63,746 bases of DNA, filler included, from Octopus bimaculoides (GCF_001194135.2; 6 parts of 5 records of this genome joined end to end with filler, not necessarily neighbours in it); one strand, 5' to 3'. Positions 1-14,017 are shown, counted from the first letter of the whole stretch. A program made the numbers and translations. The notes: a model not told the origin generated them from the letters alone.

Positions 1-958
1 ATATATATATATATATAAATCAAAGTGTACAGTATTATATGTCCATTATGGTTATCTTACCATTTGGTTTCGTACTAGGGATTCAACAGTGTTAGGTAAC
101 AATCCAATTATGTAACCCTGCACTCTTCAGAGATGGCAGTTATAGAATGAAATATGGAAACTGCTCTCTATTGTTAGAGGTGGACAGGCACATCCTATTT
201 ATGGTTGCTGCATAAAAGACAATGAAACAAACAAACCAAGGATTAAGTTAAGAGTTATGTCCATTGGCACCAAGACATCTCTGGGGTGTTGCAAGGCAAC
301 AAGAGTTTTCTGGAAAAGAATATCTGGAAAATGTATGCATTTTTAAGGTTGGTGTTCTTGAAGAAATGGAATGTGTAGAAGCGTGCAGCGTTTTCAGGGA
401 TGGGAGGTTTACCCAAAAGCCACATACATAACTCTTAACTTAACCCTTGCTTGCTTCTTTTCGTCATCTTTATCACAGCAACCACAAGCCAGATATGTCT
501 GTCCACCTCCAACAATAGTGAGCAGTCACCATATTTCATTCCATAACTGCCATCTCTGTAAAATGGTTGGCATTAAGAAGGGCATCCAGCTGTAGACGCC
601 ATGTCACAACAGACAACTGGAGTCTGGACAGCACCCCAGCTCACCAGCTCCATGTCAAACCATCCAGCCCATACCAGCATGGAAAACGGACATTGAATGA
701 TGATGATGATGCTACACACGCACACAATGAGAGAATCTGACATCTTCACTATCATCATTTTTATGTTCATTTTTACCATCCTTGCATGGGTCGGCTGAGT
801 CCTCTTCAACACAGCATCTTACCCCTTGTTGCAACCTTTGCCATCCCTTTTATGAGGCTCAACTTCTTGAGATCTGCTCCCACTGCTAATCTCAGATAAA
901 TGGTCCATCCCTATCCCGAATTCTTCAGAATCCTCTTGTCCTCTTACATAACTACTTA

Positions 959-1002
<44 letters not shown>

Positions 1003-1041
1003 GCACGCACGCACACACACACGCACACACACACATACACA

Positions 1042-1079
<38 letters not shown>

Positions 1080-1298
1080 CACACACATACATGCACACAC
1101 ACTGTTCCATTGTTGGTAAAATCAAGTAGTTGAAGCAGTCCATATAGTGAGAGATAAGAATCATTAAATAATGACAAGATTAAATTGTGAACTCCACTAA
1201 GTTTCACGCTCTGATAGTACAATAATCAGACAAACTTGTATGGTGTGCCATGAATTGTCCTGCAATCATTCAAGCTCAAAATAAATAAACCACACACA

Positions 1299-1704
1299 GG
1301 CATAGGAGTGGCTGTGTGGTAAGTAGCTTACTTACCAACCACATGGTTCCGGGTTCAGTCCCACTGCGTGGCATCTTGGGCAAGTGTTTTCTACTATAGC
1401 CTCGGGCCGACCAAAGCCTTGTGAGTGGATTTGGTAAACGGAAACTGAAAGAAGCCTGTCGTATATATGTATGTATATGTATGTGTGTGTGTTTGTGTGT
1501 CTGTGTTTGTCCCCCTAGCATTGCTTGACAACCAATGCTGGTATGTTTATGTCCCCATCACTTAGCGGTTCGGCAAAAGAGACCGATAGAATAAGTACTA
1601 GGCTTACAAAGAATAAGTCCTGGGGTCGATATGCTCGACTAAAAGGCGGTGCTCCAGCATGGCCGCAGTCAAATGACTGAAACAAGTAAAAGAGTAAAAG
1701 AGTA
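1299..1704 (+). mobile_element. tRNA-derived SINE, family 1, full length
   Basis: Head GGAGTGGCTGTGTGGTAAG...GGGTTCAGTCCC (A/B-box-like), internal (TG)n, tail GACTGAAACAAGTAAAAGAG; many further copies in the window. Confidence 0.85.
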
Positions 1705-2241
1705 CTTCATTAGTTTTTTTTTACCTCTCTGTCTTTCTCTATCTATTTCTCTGTCATTATCTACTAATCTATCTATATTACCTATCTCAATTGTCTCTGT
1801 CAACCTTCTACTTTCACTACTTTATCTCTTTATCTCTCTATCTAAAACAGTCCTGTCCATCAATCTATCTACCTATTTGTATATCTATTTCCTTATCAGC
1901 TAGCAATCCACATCTCTCTCCCTCTCTCTCTTTTATTATCTACGTCATTATGTTTTCCTGCTTGTTCAACCCATCCTTTATCTTTCCTTCTCTTTATCTC
2001 TCCATCCTTCTCTCATTTTCTCTTTTATATACATACATATGCATCAGGTGAGTGGCTTTGATAGCAATGCCACTCACTTGATGACATGTCAGCACACAGC
2101 TGCTCCTGGGTTACATTTATTTACATAACTAGCATATCCATGTCATGAAAAATGCCAACAGTTTTATTGATGACAGAAAGTGGTGCATCAACACAATGGG
2201 AAAACCACTAATAAATGTCATCACTCTAGCAATCTCGTGAT

Positions 2242-2457
2242 GATCTCATGTACCCTGATACAAAAGTACTGCAGTTGGCAAAATTGATGAGGATCAAGTC
2301 CATAATTATGAAACACCTGCTTAGATGGTCAAGTCATCTTGTCCATTTAGAGGGCATCTACATGCCAAAACAGGTGTTATATGATGAACGGAAGCAAGGA
2401 AAATGACCCCAGTACATGCCAAAGAAGCATTTCAACGACAGTCTTAAAAACACACTT
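2242..2457 (+). mobile_element. RTE-clade LINE ORF2 C-terminal fragment
   Basis: TKVLQLAK...[18 protein letters not shown]...[29 protein letters not shown], resembling LRW.GHV.RM...LPK.VLYGEL..G.R..G.PKK...D.LK. Confidence 0.7.
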
Positions 2458-2858
2458 TAAAATATCCGGTACTAGCCATATATATATATATAATTGTTAA
2501 ACAGGACATCAAGCATTAAGGCAAGGTAAACATCTCAAGTCATATACAATATTATTATAGGAAGAAATTCAAAATCTTACACCTCCCATCTCTACCCTCA
2601 AGTGCCAGGGTANNNNNNNNNNNNNNNNNNNNNNNNNNNNNNNNNNNNNNNNNNNNNNNNNNNNNNNNNNNNNNNNNNNNNNNNNNNNNNNNNNNNNNNN
2701 NNNNNNNNNNNNNNNNNNNNNNNNNNNNNNNNNNNNNNNNNNNNNNNNNNNNNNNNNNNNNNNNNNNNNNNNNNNNNNNNNNNNNNNNNNNNNNNNNNNN
2801 NNNNNNNNNNNNNNNNNNNNNNNNNNNNNNNNNNNNNNNNNNNNNNNNNNNNNNNNNN

Positions 2859-3122
2859 ATAGTTCTCGGGGATATTCAGCGTGACACAGTGTGACAAGGC
2901 TGACCCTTTGAATTACAGGCACAACAGAAACAGGAAGTAAGAGTGAGAGAAAGTTGTGGTGGAAGAGTACAGCAGGGTTCGCCACCATCCCCTGCCGGAG
3001 CCTCGTGGAGCTTTAGGTGTTTTTCACTCAATAAACACTCACAACTCCCGGTCTGGGAATCGAAACCGCGATCCTATGACCGTGAGTCCGCTGCCCTACC
3101 CACTGGGCCATTGCGCCTCCAC
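2859..3122 (-). mobile_element. tRNA-derived SINE, family 2
   Basis: Minus head GTGGAGGCGCAATGGCCCAGTGGGTAGGGCAGCGGACTC...GGTTTCGATTCCC with A and B boxes. Confidence 0.85.
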
Positions 3123-3439
3123 CCAGTCTTCAAAGTAAGGAGGTTATAATATACGTGGCCAGGTATTGCTAAGAAGGCATGAGTAGGGAGGGAAGATGGA
3201 GGTTGCAGTGCCTGGTGAGAACCTGGGTATAAAGAGTAGGGAGCAGGGTAGTGAGGGTAGGAATGGGAAGTGAGCGATAATCAGAGTGTATGAAGAGGAA
3301 ATGTGCGGAAGAGAAAAGATGCAGTTTGAAAGAGGAGATGTAGTTTAGTTTGCCGGGGTAGGGTGTGGGAAAATTTTATTGTTACACGTGGGTGGGACAC
3401 AACACTTGTAGAACTCAGTTTCACTGATATGGATGGATC

Positions 3440-3612
3440 TTCTCTAGAACCTCATATCTGCTAGATATTTCAGTCCATTGCCATTTCCTCTGTGAGCCTC
3501 AATATCCTGAGATCAGTTTTCACCACTTCAGCCCATGTCTTCTTGGGTCTCCCTCTTTCATAGGAACCATCCACTTTCAGTGACTGGCACTTCTTTATAC
3601 TGCTGTCTTCAT
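3440..3612 (-). mobile_element. RTE-clade LINE 3' fragment
   Basis: Minus translation SSIKKCQSLKVDGSYERGRPKKTWAEVVKTDLRILRLTEEM. Confidence 0.7.
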
Positions 3613-3941
3613 TTAGATGTGTATATGAATACATGTGAGTATCTGTGTGTTTGTTTGCATATGTCCTTTCTCAAAATATCACACTTTGAGTGAGGAATTG
3701 CAAATGAAAGTAATGATGTTGTCATTTCTCCCGTCAACAAATCATTGACTGCTTTTGCATCTTGGAAGATGTGTAAAATAACGGCTCCATTACTTGCAAA
3801 ACAAACAAAAACAAGTGAAAGGCATTCAGCTGTAAAACAGTACCATGATAATAGACCTTTCTAAAACATCATAGGATGGTAAAACAGGATTAAAACTAAT
3901 AGATAAACCCGTGCACACACACACATAATATATATAATATA

Positions 3942-4845
3942 GAAGGGGGTACCCAAAAGTAACCGGAAATGTTATCAGTGGGACATGCACATTGTAGTTC
4001 AGATTATCTCTGCTAGCAGTCACTTGATGCAACTCTCGGGCAACAGTCTGCTGACCAGCAGTGTCCAGTGGGGGTCATACTACCATGTGATGTGTCTTTG
4101 TTTTGCAGTGCTTCTTCCCTGTTCATCGATTTTTGTGATGGCTGAAATGAAGGAACAATGTGCTTCTATGAAATTCTGTTTTCTGCTGGGGAAAACAGTG
4201 GCTGAAACAGTTGTCATGCTTCAAACAGCTTACAAGGCTGCTGCCATGAGTGAAACACAAGTCTAGGAGTGGATTTCATGCTTTAGGAATGATCTCTTGT
4301 CACTTGAGGACCAATCTCAAACAGGGTGACCGTCAACCTCCCAAATGAATGAAAACATCATGAAATTCATGAACTGATCTGGGAGGACTGTCACCAAACA
4401 ATTAACACACTTGTTATGACTGGTGTGTCCTAGAACTCCTGCCAATGAATTTTGAGTGAGGAATTGCAAATGAAAGAGCTTCAACAAAATTTGTGCCTTG
4501 CTTGCTTATGGAAGATCAAAAGCAGTTACAACTGAATGCATGTTATCAACTGAAAGAACAGTTGAAAGTTGGTCTGGACCTTTTTTCAAAGGTCATCACT
4601 GGTGACAAAAGCTGCTGCTATGGAATTTGCAGATGTGGAAGAGGTGAAGACAAAAAAACAACAGAGGCATTAAAAGGCATTATTTTGCAAGAGTTCCAGT
4701 ACTGCTCCAAATAATGGAAAACATGCCTGGACCAATGCATTGCTTCAAATGGAGAATATTTTGAAGGCGATAAAAGTATGAACATGTAAAACCAAGTGAA
4801 TAAAATGATATTGCAAAATTCCAGTTTCTGTTGGGTATCCCCTTG
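3942..4845 (+). mobile_element. Internally deleted mariner transposon
   Basis: About 30-bp imperfect TIRs (GAAGGGGGTACCCAAAAGTAACCGGAAAT / rc of right end) flanked by TA; decayed transposase MAEMKEQCASMKFCFLLGKT..., VITGDKSCCYG, CIASNGEYFEGD. Confidence 0.9.
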
Positions 4846-5232
4846 TATATGCTGTATATTGAAACCAATATTTCCTTACTTTGGGAGGGTTGTTCTGTCA
4901 AAGAATACACACACACATGTCGTAGTTCACTTCCGTTTTATTGTTACCTGAACAATTAATTATTGATTAGTTTGTCATAATTTGCATTTTTGTCATACAT
5001 CTGTGTCTATTTCAATGTAGAATGGGAAATCATTGAAAAAGCCTCAATAGAAGAACATAAAAAATAATAATTGAGGTGACACAGAAAACAATAATTGATT
5101 GATTAACTGATTCGTTAAGAATAACACTGATGTGCACTACAGCCAGAATGTGTGATTTTATTAGCATAATAATTCAATAATAACTCTCCCATTACCATAT
5201 GTATAGATGCATTTGTGTGTGTTTATGTATAT

Positions 5233-5786
5233 GTTGTTGTTGTTGGCACTCCGTCGCTTACGACGTCGAGGGTTCCAGTTGATGCGATCAACGGAACAGC
5301 TTGCTCGTGAAATTAACGTGCAAGTGGCTGAGCACTCCACAGACACGTGTACCCTTAACGTAGTTCTCGGGGACATTCAGCGTAACACAGAGTGGGACAA
5401 GGCTGACCCTTTGAANNNNNNNNNNNNNNNNNNNNNNNNNNNNNNNNNNNNNNNNNNNNNNNNNNNNNNNNNNNNNNNNNNNNNNNNNNNNNNNNNNNNN
5501 NNNNNNNNNNNNNNNNNNNNNNNNNNNNNNNNNNNNNNNNNNNNNNNNNNNNNNNNNNNNNNNNNNNNNNNNNNNNNNNNNNNNACAACAGAAACAGGAA
5601 GTAAGAGTGAGAGAAAGTTGTGATGAAAGAGTACAGCAGGGTTTCGCCACCATCCCCTGCCAGAGCCTCGTGGAGCCTTAGGTGTTTTCGCTCAATAAAC
5701 AGTCACAACGCCCTGTCTGGGAATCGAAACCACGATCCTATGACTGTGAGTCCACTGCCCTAACCACTGGGCCATTGCATCTCCAC
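5233..5786 (-). mobile_element. SINE family 2, full length with internal gap
   Basis: Matches 2859-3122; partial copies at about 14110-14380 and 30390-30545. Confidence 0.85.
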
Positions 5787-5924
5787 GGGAGATTGGTAAC
5801 CATCTGAATATTGGAAAAGAGTTACCTGTATCACAATGATTCATTGTAGGTGTCAAAATGCTCGTATCATGACTCCAGTTAAATGGTCTTTGAATGTAGT
5901 AAAGGCTTTAAGATGTGATATGGA

Positions 5925-6391
5925 CATCATGAAAATCAAGTTTCCCAAACTTCAATGGTCTTTGGTTGTGTCTCCAGTTAGGGTGATGTCATGCTTCCCT
6001 GCATCTTTGAACAGGGCCTTAGGCTCAATTCAGACATCTATGTGACGCTGCTAGAGACTGCAGTCAAACTATCACTGGAGAGGGTTGCTACTGGAAAGCC
6101 ATATGTGTGGTATCAGGATTTGACTCCTTGCCATACCTCCGGGGAATTTCTATGACTTCCCTAGCCCCAATTTCTGGCCTCCCAATTCCCCTGATTGTAA
6201 CGCCATGGATTACTATGTATGGAGCATGGTTGAGAAACACACCAATCACCTGCAACAAAAAGGCCTAGCTGGTAGCCAAGGTCAAGGAGATATTTGAAGA
6301 TCTTCCCAGGGGCACAGTGAGGAACACATGTACTAGATATCGGAGCTGTATTGAGGCCTTAGTGGAAGCTGTAAGTGGCTATGTAGAGTAA
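5925..6391 (+). mobile_element. Tc1/mariner transposase relic, maT/DD37D-like
   Basis: Frameshifted translation MVFGCVSS.GDVM...GLRLNSDIYVTLLET...GKPYVWYQD...FWPPNSPDCNAMDYYVWSMVE...VEAVSGYVE*. Confidence 0.8.
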
Positions 6392-7407
6392 ACTGTTATC
6401 TTCTAGTCATAATCTAGATGATATTTTTTTGATTCTTTTAAATACTTTCATTTTTGGATGGGATACTCTTTTACTTGTTTCAGGCATTTGAATGTGGCCA
6501 TGCTGGAGCACCACCTTTAGTTGAGCAAATCGACCCCAGGACTTATTCTTTGTAAGCCTAGTACTTATTCTATCGGTCTCTTTTGCCGAACTGCTAAGTT
6601 ACGGGGACGTAAACACACCAGCATCGGTTGTCAAGCGATGTTGGGGGGACAAACACAGACACACAAACATGCACACACACATACATATACATATNNNNNN
6701 NNNNNNNNNNNNNNNNNNNNNNNNNNNNNNNNNNNNNNNNNNNNNNNNNNNNNNNNNNNNNNNNNNNNNNNNNNNNNNNNNNNNNNNNNNNNNNNNNNNN
6801 NNNNNNNNNNNNNNNNNNNNNNNNNNNNNNNNNNNNNNNNNNNNNNNNNNNNNNNNNNNNNNNNNNNNNNNNNNNNNNNATATATATATATATATATATA
6901 TATATAGGACAGGCTTCTTTCAGTTTCCGTCTACCAAATCCACTCACAAGGCTTTGATCGGCCCAAGGCCATAGTAGAAGACACTTATCCAAGATGCCAT
7001 GCAATGGGACTGAACCCAGAACCATGTGGTTCGTAAGCAAGCTACTTACCACACAGCCACTCCTACGCCTATTGTGTTTTTTTTTTTCCTTTCAAGCAAA
7101 CCAGTAAATTTAGCCCAAACAACCTGTACATATGAAATACAGCTTCATGTGGACTCTGGTGTAGGGGAAATCCTGCATTGAGTGAGGAGATGCTGTAAGA
7201 ATGGATTGCTTCCCAACCAATTTTGTCTTAGATTTAGACCTATTGTGCAACACCTGAGGTATGTCTCTTCTGCTATAGTACCAGACAGACGGAAGCTTTG
7301 TAAATAAATATGGTAATCAAAAGCTGAAAGACCATTATGTGAGTGTGAATGTGTGTGTGTGTATGTGTGTGTGCATGTGTGTGTGTATGTGTGTGTGCAT
7401 GTGTGTC

Positions 7408-7447
<40 letters not shown>

Positions 7448-7847
7448 TGTATACAGGGTACAGTGAGTAAACTGTCCTCTAAACAAGTGGACAATGTATG
7501 GTCAGCAACTATAACAATTTATTGGTGTCAAAGGTTGCACCCTTTCTCCCATATCAAAGTTACAAGGAAATCCAATAAGCTGAAGATTTCTGTACAGCTC
7601 ACAGTTAGCAACTTAGGTTGCTACTAATGTGAATAAAAATCCAGATTGAGGGAGTGGAATGCGTAAAATGCAGTCTATGTACATTCATTTGTTACACCGG
7701 AGGATCAATTAGCTAAGAAGCATATGAAACCTAGATTTTACTTGTTCCACTTCCTCAATTTGGACATATATATATATGTATGTATGTATGTATATATATA
7801 TATNNNNNNNNNNNNNNNNNNNNNNNNNNNNNNNNNNNNNNNNNNNN

Positions 7848-7859
7848 TTAATTAATTAA
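7848..7859. other. Assembly linker TTAATTAATTAA between N runs (also 18670, 42596, 55511, 61287)
   Basis: Identical 12-mer with stops in all six frames, centred in about 100-nt N blocks five times; marks scaffold joins and is not biological. Confidence 0.9.
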
Positions 7860-8204
7860 NNNNNNNNNNNNNNNNNNNNNNNNNNNNNNNNNNNNNNNNN
7901 NNNTACATATATATATATACATATATACATATATATATACATATATACATATATATATACATATATACATATATATACATATATATACACACATATATAT
8001 ATATATATATACAAACACATACAAATACATGTGCACATGTATATGTAGATATATACATATATATATCTTGCCTGACTTTATGTGTGTGCATATGTGCATT
8101 TATAGGTATATATGTGTGTGTATGCAAATCTAATGCTCTAATACAAACTATATAAAGCAAATGTGTGAAGGTATTTGTATATGTTCATGCATACATAAGT
8201 ACTT

Positions 8205-8248
<44 letters not shown>

Positions 8249-8551
8249 TTGTGAATGAACTTGTCTGTGCACGAATAAGTGTGCTAATGTACTTGTGTGC
8301 TCGTATGAAGGTGTATAACGATTGATCTTACGTATGTGTAATATATATATATATATATATATATTTATTTATATATACATAATGTATACACGGATGTATA
8401 TGTAGGTTAGTATGTTTCTGTTTGATATGAAAATTAAAGGCAGCTGCTGTATATATTTGCGAATATTACTCTCTCGTACAAATATTCGTTTTAGCTGCGT
8501 ATGTGTGTTTGGGTGAATGATTGCAACGTAGCGTGAATACACATGATATGG

Positions 8552-8597
<46 letters not shown>

Positions 8598-9570
8598 GAC
8601 CAGACACGCATGTATTTGTACACACACTCATACCTAGACATATACCTCCATATATATGTATCAATACATATCTACACACACACACACACATATACACAGA
8701 ATTGTACATATGCATATAGGATATATACACAGATACACATGTACAAAGAAATACAGCCATATACACTTACACACACACGAATGTGTGTATCCATATATAC
8801 ACCTAGACGTGCACACGTACACATACATATATACACACGCACATACACATGTAGTAATAAACATATACATACATATGTGAGTATGCTTCGCTGTGTCCGT
8901 GTCCATATGTATATATATGTGTATATATATATATTTATATCAGCCAATGTGTGTGTGTGTGTGGGGGGGGTGTATGCATGTGTGTGTGTCTGCACATTCT
9001 ATCTACGTACCTTACAAGTAATTTATGTAAACAATGTATACACAATTTCTCTTTCTTCAATCAATAGACAGTTCTGTACACACACACATTCACATTAAAC
9101 ACAGGATAAACAGTTTCGAAAACTTCCCTCACACTGATGAAAACTGTGCAAGTCTGAAACAACAACAACAACGTCTACTGCAACAAAAAGCAACGACGAC
9201 AACAACAACAACAACAACAGAACATAAATAACTGGAAATGGGAGATAAGCTAAACAAAACGAAGCCAATATCAAAAGCTTCGTAACATCACCACCCGCCA
9301 TCTTCATCAATAACTAACAAATAAGTAAGGGAAATAGCCAAGTACATTGAGTTACATATATATGTATGTATGTAGATGTACGCATGCATGTGTGCACATG
9401 TGTGTGTGTGCATATATATATATACTCACACAAATATATCTACACTTATATATATATACATATATATACATATAACATTTGTATATACATATAGTGTGTG
9501 TATATATATATATACACTCACACAAATATATCCACACTTATATATATATACATATATAACATTTGCATAT

Positions 9571-9626
<56 letters not shown>

Positions 9627-9739
9627 TACATCTACGTATTTGTGTGTGTGTGTGAGTGTCTGTCGGTCTACACGAATATTTACCTTAGAGCCCTCTCGGT
9701 GAATAAGTGCCACAGCTATATGAATTAAGGTGGGTGCGC

Positions 9740-9774
<35 letters not shown>

Positions 9775-11148
9775 TAGTTACCACATAAACCGTTCATAGC
9801 TATTTCGAATTTCTCTTCTGTTAATTAAAAATATTTCATCGTAGAGGAATCCGCAGTTATTCTCTGCATCTGGGAAAACCAGGATATATTCTACTCTACA
9901 TAACACTCATCAAGTTCACATTGTGTGCTCCAGCTGTTTTGGCTGATATCTTAATAAATCAGCTGTTATGCGCAATAAGGCTTCGTGCGAACCTGTATCT
10001 AGTCATCGCAGAACCATCCTGATGTCCCGTACGCTTACCGTAATATAGATATATGCGTATTTTCTTTATGTTTGTATTCGAGAAGCAATCTTTCCGTTTA
10101 TATATTTCAAATAGGCATTGTTCAGCCCAAATTAGATATTAATCAGTTGCAGAGTAATTAATTAGTGAATAGCTGCCTTAGTTAAACGGATTAATTTGTA
10201 TCATGTGTGGTTAATTTGTATTTAATATCCATATATATTTGTGAGAATCGATAAATTACAGAAGTCAATACATAAATGTAGAGTATTCTTCCATACATTA
10301 TACCTCCATATTTATACATATTACAAGGAAAATGCTGGTAAAATCATCAAAGTGTTACCATATACGGCTTACCACAGTATAAATCTTTTACTTTAGCGTG
10401 CAGTTTTATAAGTTTTGGTCCAACTTGTGACAGTGGTCTAGTCAGTGCAATCTTGATGCTTTTTAATAGTGTATTTTTCGGGAAGTATAAACAATATTTC
10501 AATTGACTTGTACTGTTCTCCGTATTGTTGTTCATCCAGTCATATATATCTATGCGCATGTATATATTTATATATACGTTTATTCCTTATTTTTACATAT
10601 ACGTTTACATTTCTTTATCTTAGTACATTATTATTTATAACATTTATTGTTCCTTTACGCTACTTAGCGGTCAGATTTCCAAAATATATATCTCAGCGTC
10701 ACTCACAGTGACGTTTTGACAGAACTTTCTAGTCAAAAGTTTTATCTCACCAAACCAAGATTTACGATTTTAAAATTAATTTGATCAGTGTAACGCACGA
10801 AATTCTCGGACCTTTCTAGCTAAATGAAATGAAATATACATACATTCACACACACATATGTATGTATACACACACAACCCCAAAGTCTGATGTTTTATCT
10901 CACTGAACCAACGAGATATCTGACTAGACATATTTTGGATAACCTACATGCTTCCTGATGCTTCTTCACAACGGATCACAGCTATACGAAAATAGGGACG
11001 TTTTGACCTCTTTGCTTCTAGAATATCCGTTTACTTCGCCATTTCTCTATAAATTCAATTGTTCTGTTTTGAAAATATCACTTATTCATCATGTTACTTG
11101 TTGAATCGGTCATCATTAGGATTTTACCTTGCCTGTTTATACATGCTC

Positions 11149-11238
11149 AAAATTTCATCCGATGATGGTGGATATGTGCTATGATGAAATCTAGGAATGC
11201 ATCAATAAACGGCTACCGAAACAGCTGTAGTAAATTTT
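11149..11238 (+). ncRNA. Degenerate minimal hammerhead-like motif of Penelope-pLTR type
   Basis: AAAATTTCAT-CCGATGA-T-GGTGG...CTACC-GAAA-palindromic ACAGCTGT-A/GTAAATTTT; core position 4 is C instead of U. Confidence 0.4.
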
Positions 11239-11494
11239 AAACCCCGTCTGTGTTGTTTTTATACCTACGACACACCTGGAAGCAACTCTGAGTCGGATCT
11301 ACGGTTTATATTGGATTTGATACCTATATATATATATACACATACTTGCAGTCCACTACCAACAAACGACACCTAATACTTATTTTTTTTACCTTACTAT
11401 AATTTCAATGTTATGGTACCTATCCAGTCCTGGAATTCTAGGTGTTGATGCGCCAAGATTCTAATGAATTCTTTAACTAATCAACATACATACA

Positions 11495-11572
11495 TGTTTT
11501 TGATGTTGAAATTCCAATGAAACCAGCTCCTTTTCTATTGGAAAGAAATCTCGAAATAAAACTGAACAATGA
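11495..11572 (+). mobile_element. 3' tail of the same family A LINE
   Basis: Shares CTATTGG..AGAAATCT.GAAATAAAACTGAACAATGA with the end of the 13315 copy; followed by (CATA)n. Confidence 0.75.
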
Positions 11573-11775
11573 CATACATACATAAATACATACATACATA
11601 CATAAGAAAAAGAGATGATACTGGAAAAACAATGGCTGTGTAATAAACTTCATATGAAATGTTTCCTGTGTCATCTCATTTTCATATTACCGTTCTGTAC
11701 TCATCTAACTGTTTGTTCCGAAACACAGGTACATTGAGGTCGACATCAGGTTATTAGTCTCGCAATGCCTAAGTG

Positions 11776-11815
<40 letters not shown>

Positions 11816-13039
11816 TAATAAATTCAGCTCCATGCAACTTTTGTAGCCTCGTATAACAAATGTAAATCGAGTTATTAAAATGTAACATATATCAATATTT
11901 GTAGCCGCCACCAAATGTATTGAGTGCCGCTTTTTTCGCTTGTCCGCGCACACATACATTCTTTTATTTGTTTGTCATCTTTCGCCATCTTTTGCCGAAC
12001 CCCTAAGTTACAGGGACGTAAGCACACCAACATCGGTTGTCAAGCGATGGTGGGGGGACAAACACAGACACACAAACATATACACACACACTTATCACCT
12101 TATTAATACTATTAATAACAGTAATAATACCTCTTTATTTATATAGATATATATATAGATATATATACGATGGGCTTCTTTCAGTTTCCGCCGACCAAAT
12201 CCACTCACAAGGCTTTGGTCGGCCTGAAGCTATAGTAGAAGACACTTACCCAAGGTGCCACGCAGAGGTACTGAACCCGGAACCATGTAGCTAGTAAGTA
12301 AGCTACTTACCACACAGCCACTCCTATCACAAATAATTTTAAGGGACCTGTATACAGGATGAGTCAAAGACACCCTCTCGATGCCCTCGCTGTAGAACAA
12401 GGGTTTGAGAGCTGGTAAGGTAGTTGGGGATGTTGGGTGGGAGCAGAGTGTTAGACACTTGGCGTTTACTTTATCTCTCAACACCCGAAACGGATAAAGG
12501 TCAAAGATGAGACTTCAACACAGAGTGCAGAAAACTTTAACGAAATATTGCAACCCTTTCTATTCGACACATCGAAATGTATGTGTGTGTGTGTGTGTGC
12601 GTGCGCGTGCGTACACACACAACTATACACATACAAATGCACACACACACATACACATATATATGTATACAGATAAATGTATATACATATATACATACAT
12701 AACATATGTATATTTACACACCCACACATATACAAACACCCATACACACACATATACACACACCAATATGTATAAAATAGATTATTTCCTGCTGCTTCAT
12801 AAGCATCAAAATCTATCACATTAGCTGCATTGTTCAATGTATGAAGCCCTAAAGTCACAGCCAGTCGCTGACATAGTTTTATTGTATCGATCTGTGAAAG
12901 ATCAATACCAATCACTAACGGCACACTTACAACTGATTGTTGTTGTCACCGTTAACCTGTACCTCGTGACCATACATACAATGTATGGAGGAAAATTTCT
13001 ATGTATGCTTTATACTTACACTTTATGCGCTCACACACG

Positions 13040-13084
<45 letters not shown>

Positions 13085-13276
13085 NNNNNNNNNNNNNNNN
13101 NNNNNNNNNNNNNNNNNNNNNNNNNNNNNNNNNNNNNNNNNNNNNNNNNNNNNNNNNNNNNNNNNNNNNNNNNNNNNNNNNNNNNNNNNNNNNNNNNNNN
13201 NNNNNNNNNNNNNNNNNNNNNNNNNNNNNNNNNNNNNNNNNNNNNNNNNNNNNNNNNNNNNNNNNNNNNNNNNNNN

Positions 13277-13311
<35 letters not shown>

Positions 13312-13314
13312 ATG

Positions 13315-14017
13315 TCATTGTTCAGTTTTATTTCAAGATTTCCTGCCAATAGAGGAAGAGCCGGTTTCTAACCTAGATTCAAGGCTCCTTCACTGGAACT
13401 TCTACATCAACAACAGGGTATTTTTGTTAGTATGCATGTATGTATATATGCAGATTTCTATGTTTTACTTTATGTATGTATTCTCGTGCATATAGTTGCA
13501 TATCTAGACATGCTCATATATATTTAAATTTTAAACTTCTGGAAAGTTTTACAGATTTTTAGTTCCAATGATGGATTGGATCAGTAGACGTCGAATTAGC
13601 CTTCCCCTTTCTGGTTTTGAGAAGCCTAATTTCTCAAGATTGATATTTAGGCAGTATGTTACATATCCCAGGCCCCCCAGTAATTACAGGTATAAACCTG
13701 AACTTATAATCTGGATATAGTAACTGCAGATTTCTCAATAGTTCAGCATAGGTGTTCTCTTTTTCACTGATCTACAGCTTTATGGTAACATCCGCTGGGC
13801 AACTAGTTTCCACAACTGTGCACAGTTTCTCATTATATCAGGTCTGTTGTGCTTACATTTTATCGAGGTTGTCTCCGGGACATTCCACCACTATTCCTTT
13901 TTATTACGAGTGGCTATGGCTTCCACCATACTGTGGGTTCTTACTTCTTTGTCCTCGGGCTTATCGTTCCGATGGATTTCATTATAGTGTCCTAGCTACA
14001 ATATCATGTCTCATCGG
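13315..14017 (-). mobile_element. 3' part of an RLE-type (R4/Dong-like) non-LTR retrotransposon, family A
   Basis: Minus translation RHDIVARTL...WWNVP...CKHNRPDI...VETSCPADV...SEKENTYAELL...FIPVITGGLG with stops; 3' UTR ends GAAATAAAACTGAACAATGA next to a (TA)n tract. Confidence 0.8.

Noticed and set aside
3040-3122. tRNA genes
   Set aside because: The tRNA-like sequences are SINE heads continuing into SINE bodies; no clean cloverleaf with terminator. No rRNA or CRISPR array was seen.
4880-4947. Minus-strand AG...GTAAG exon-like segment
   Set aside because: Stops in all three frames and no partner exons.
7848-7859. Recurrent palindromic TTAATTAATTAA (five copies)
   Set aside because: Always centred in N blocks; a scaffolding linker rather than a genomic motif.
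9134-9180. CTGATGA-AAACT/AGTCT-GAAAC...GTC hammerhead-like string
   Set aside because: No helix I complementarity, and helix III is just (AAC)n; likely chance.
10347-10559. Minus 70-aa ORF with internal GTAAG donor
   Set aside because: No recognisable homology or good acceptor; not the missing TKT exon.
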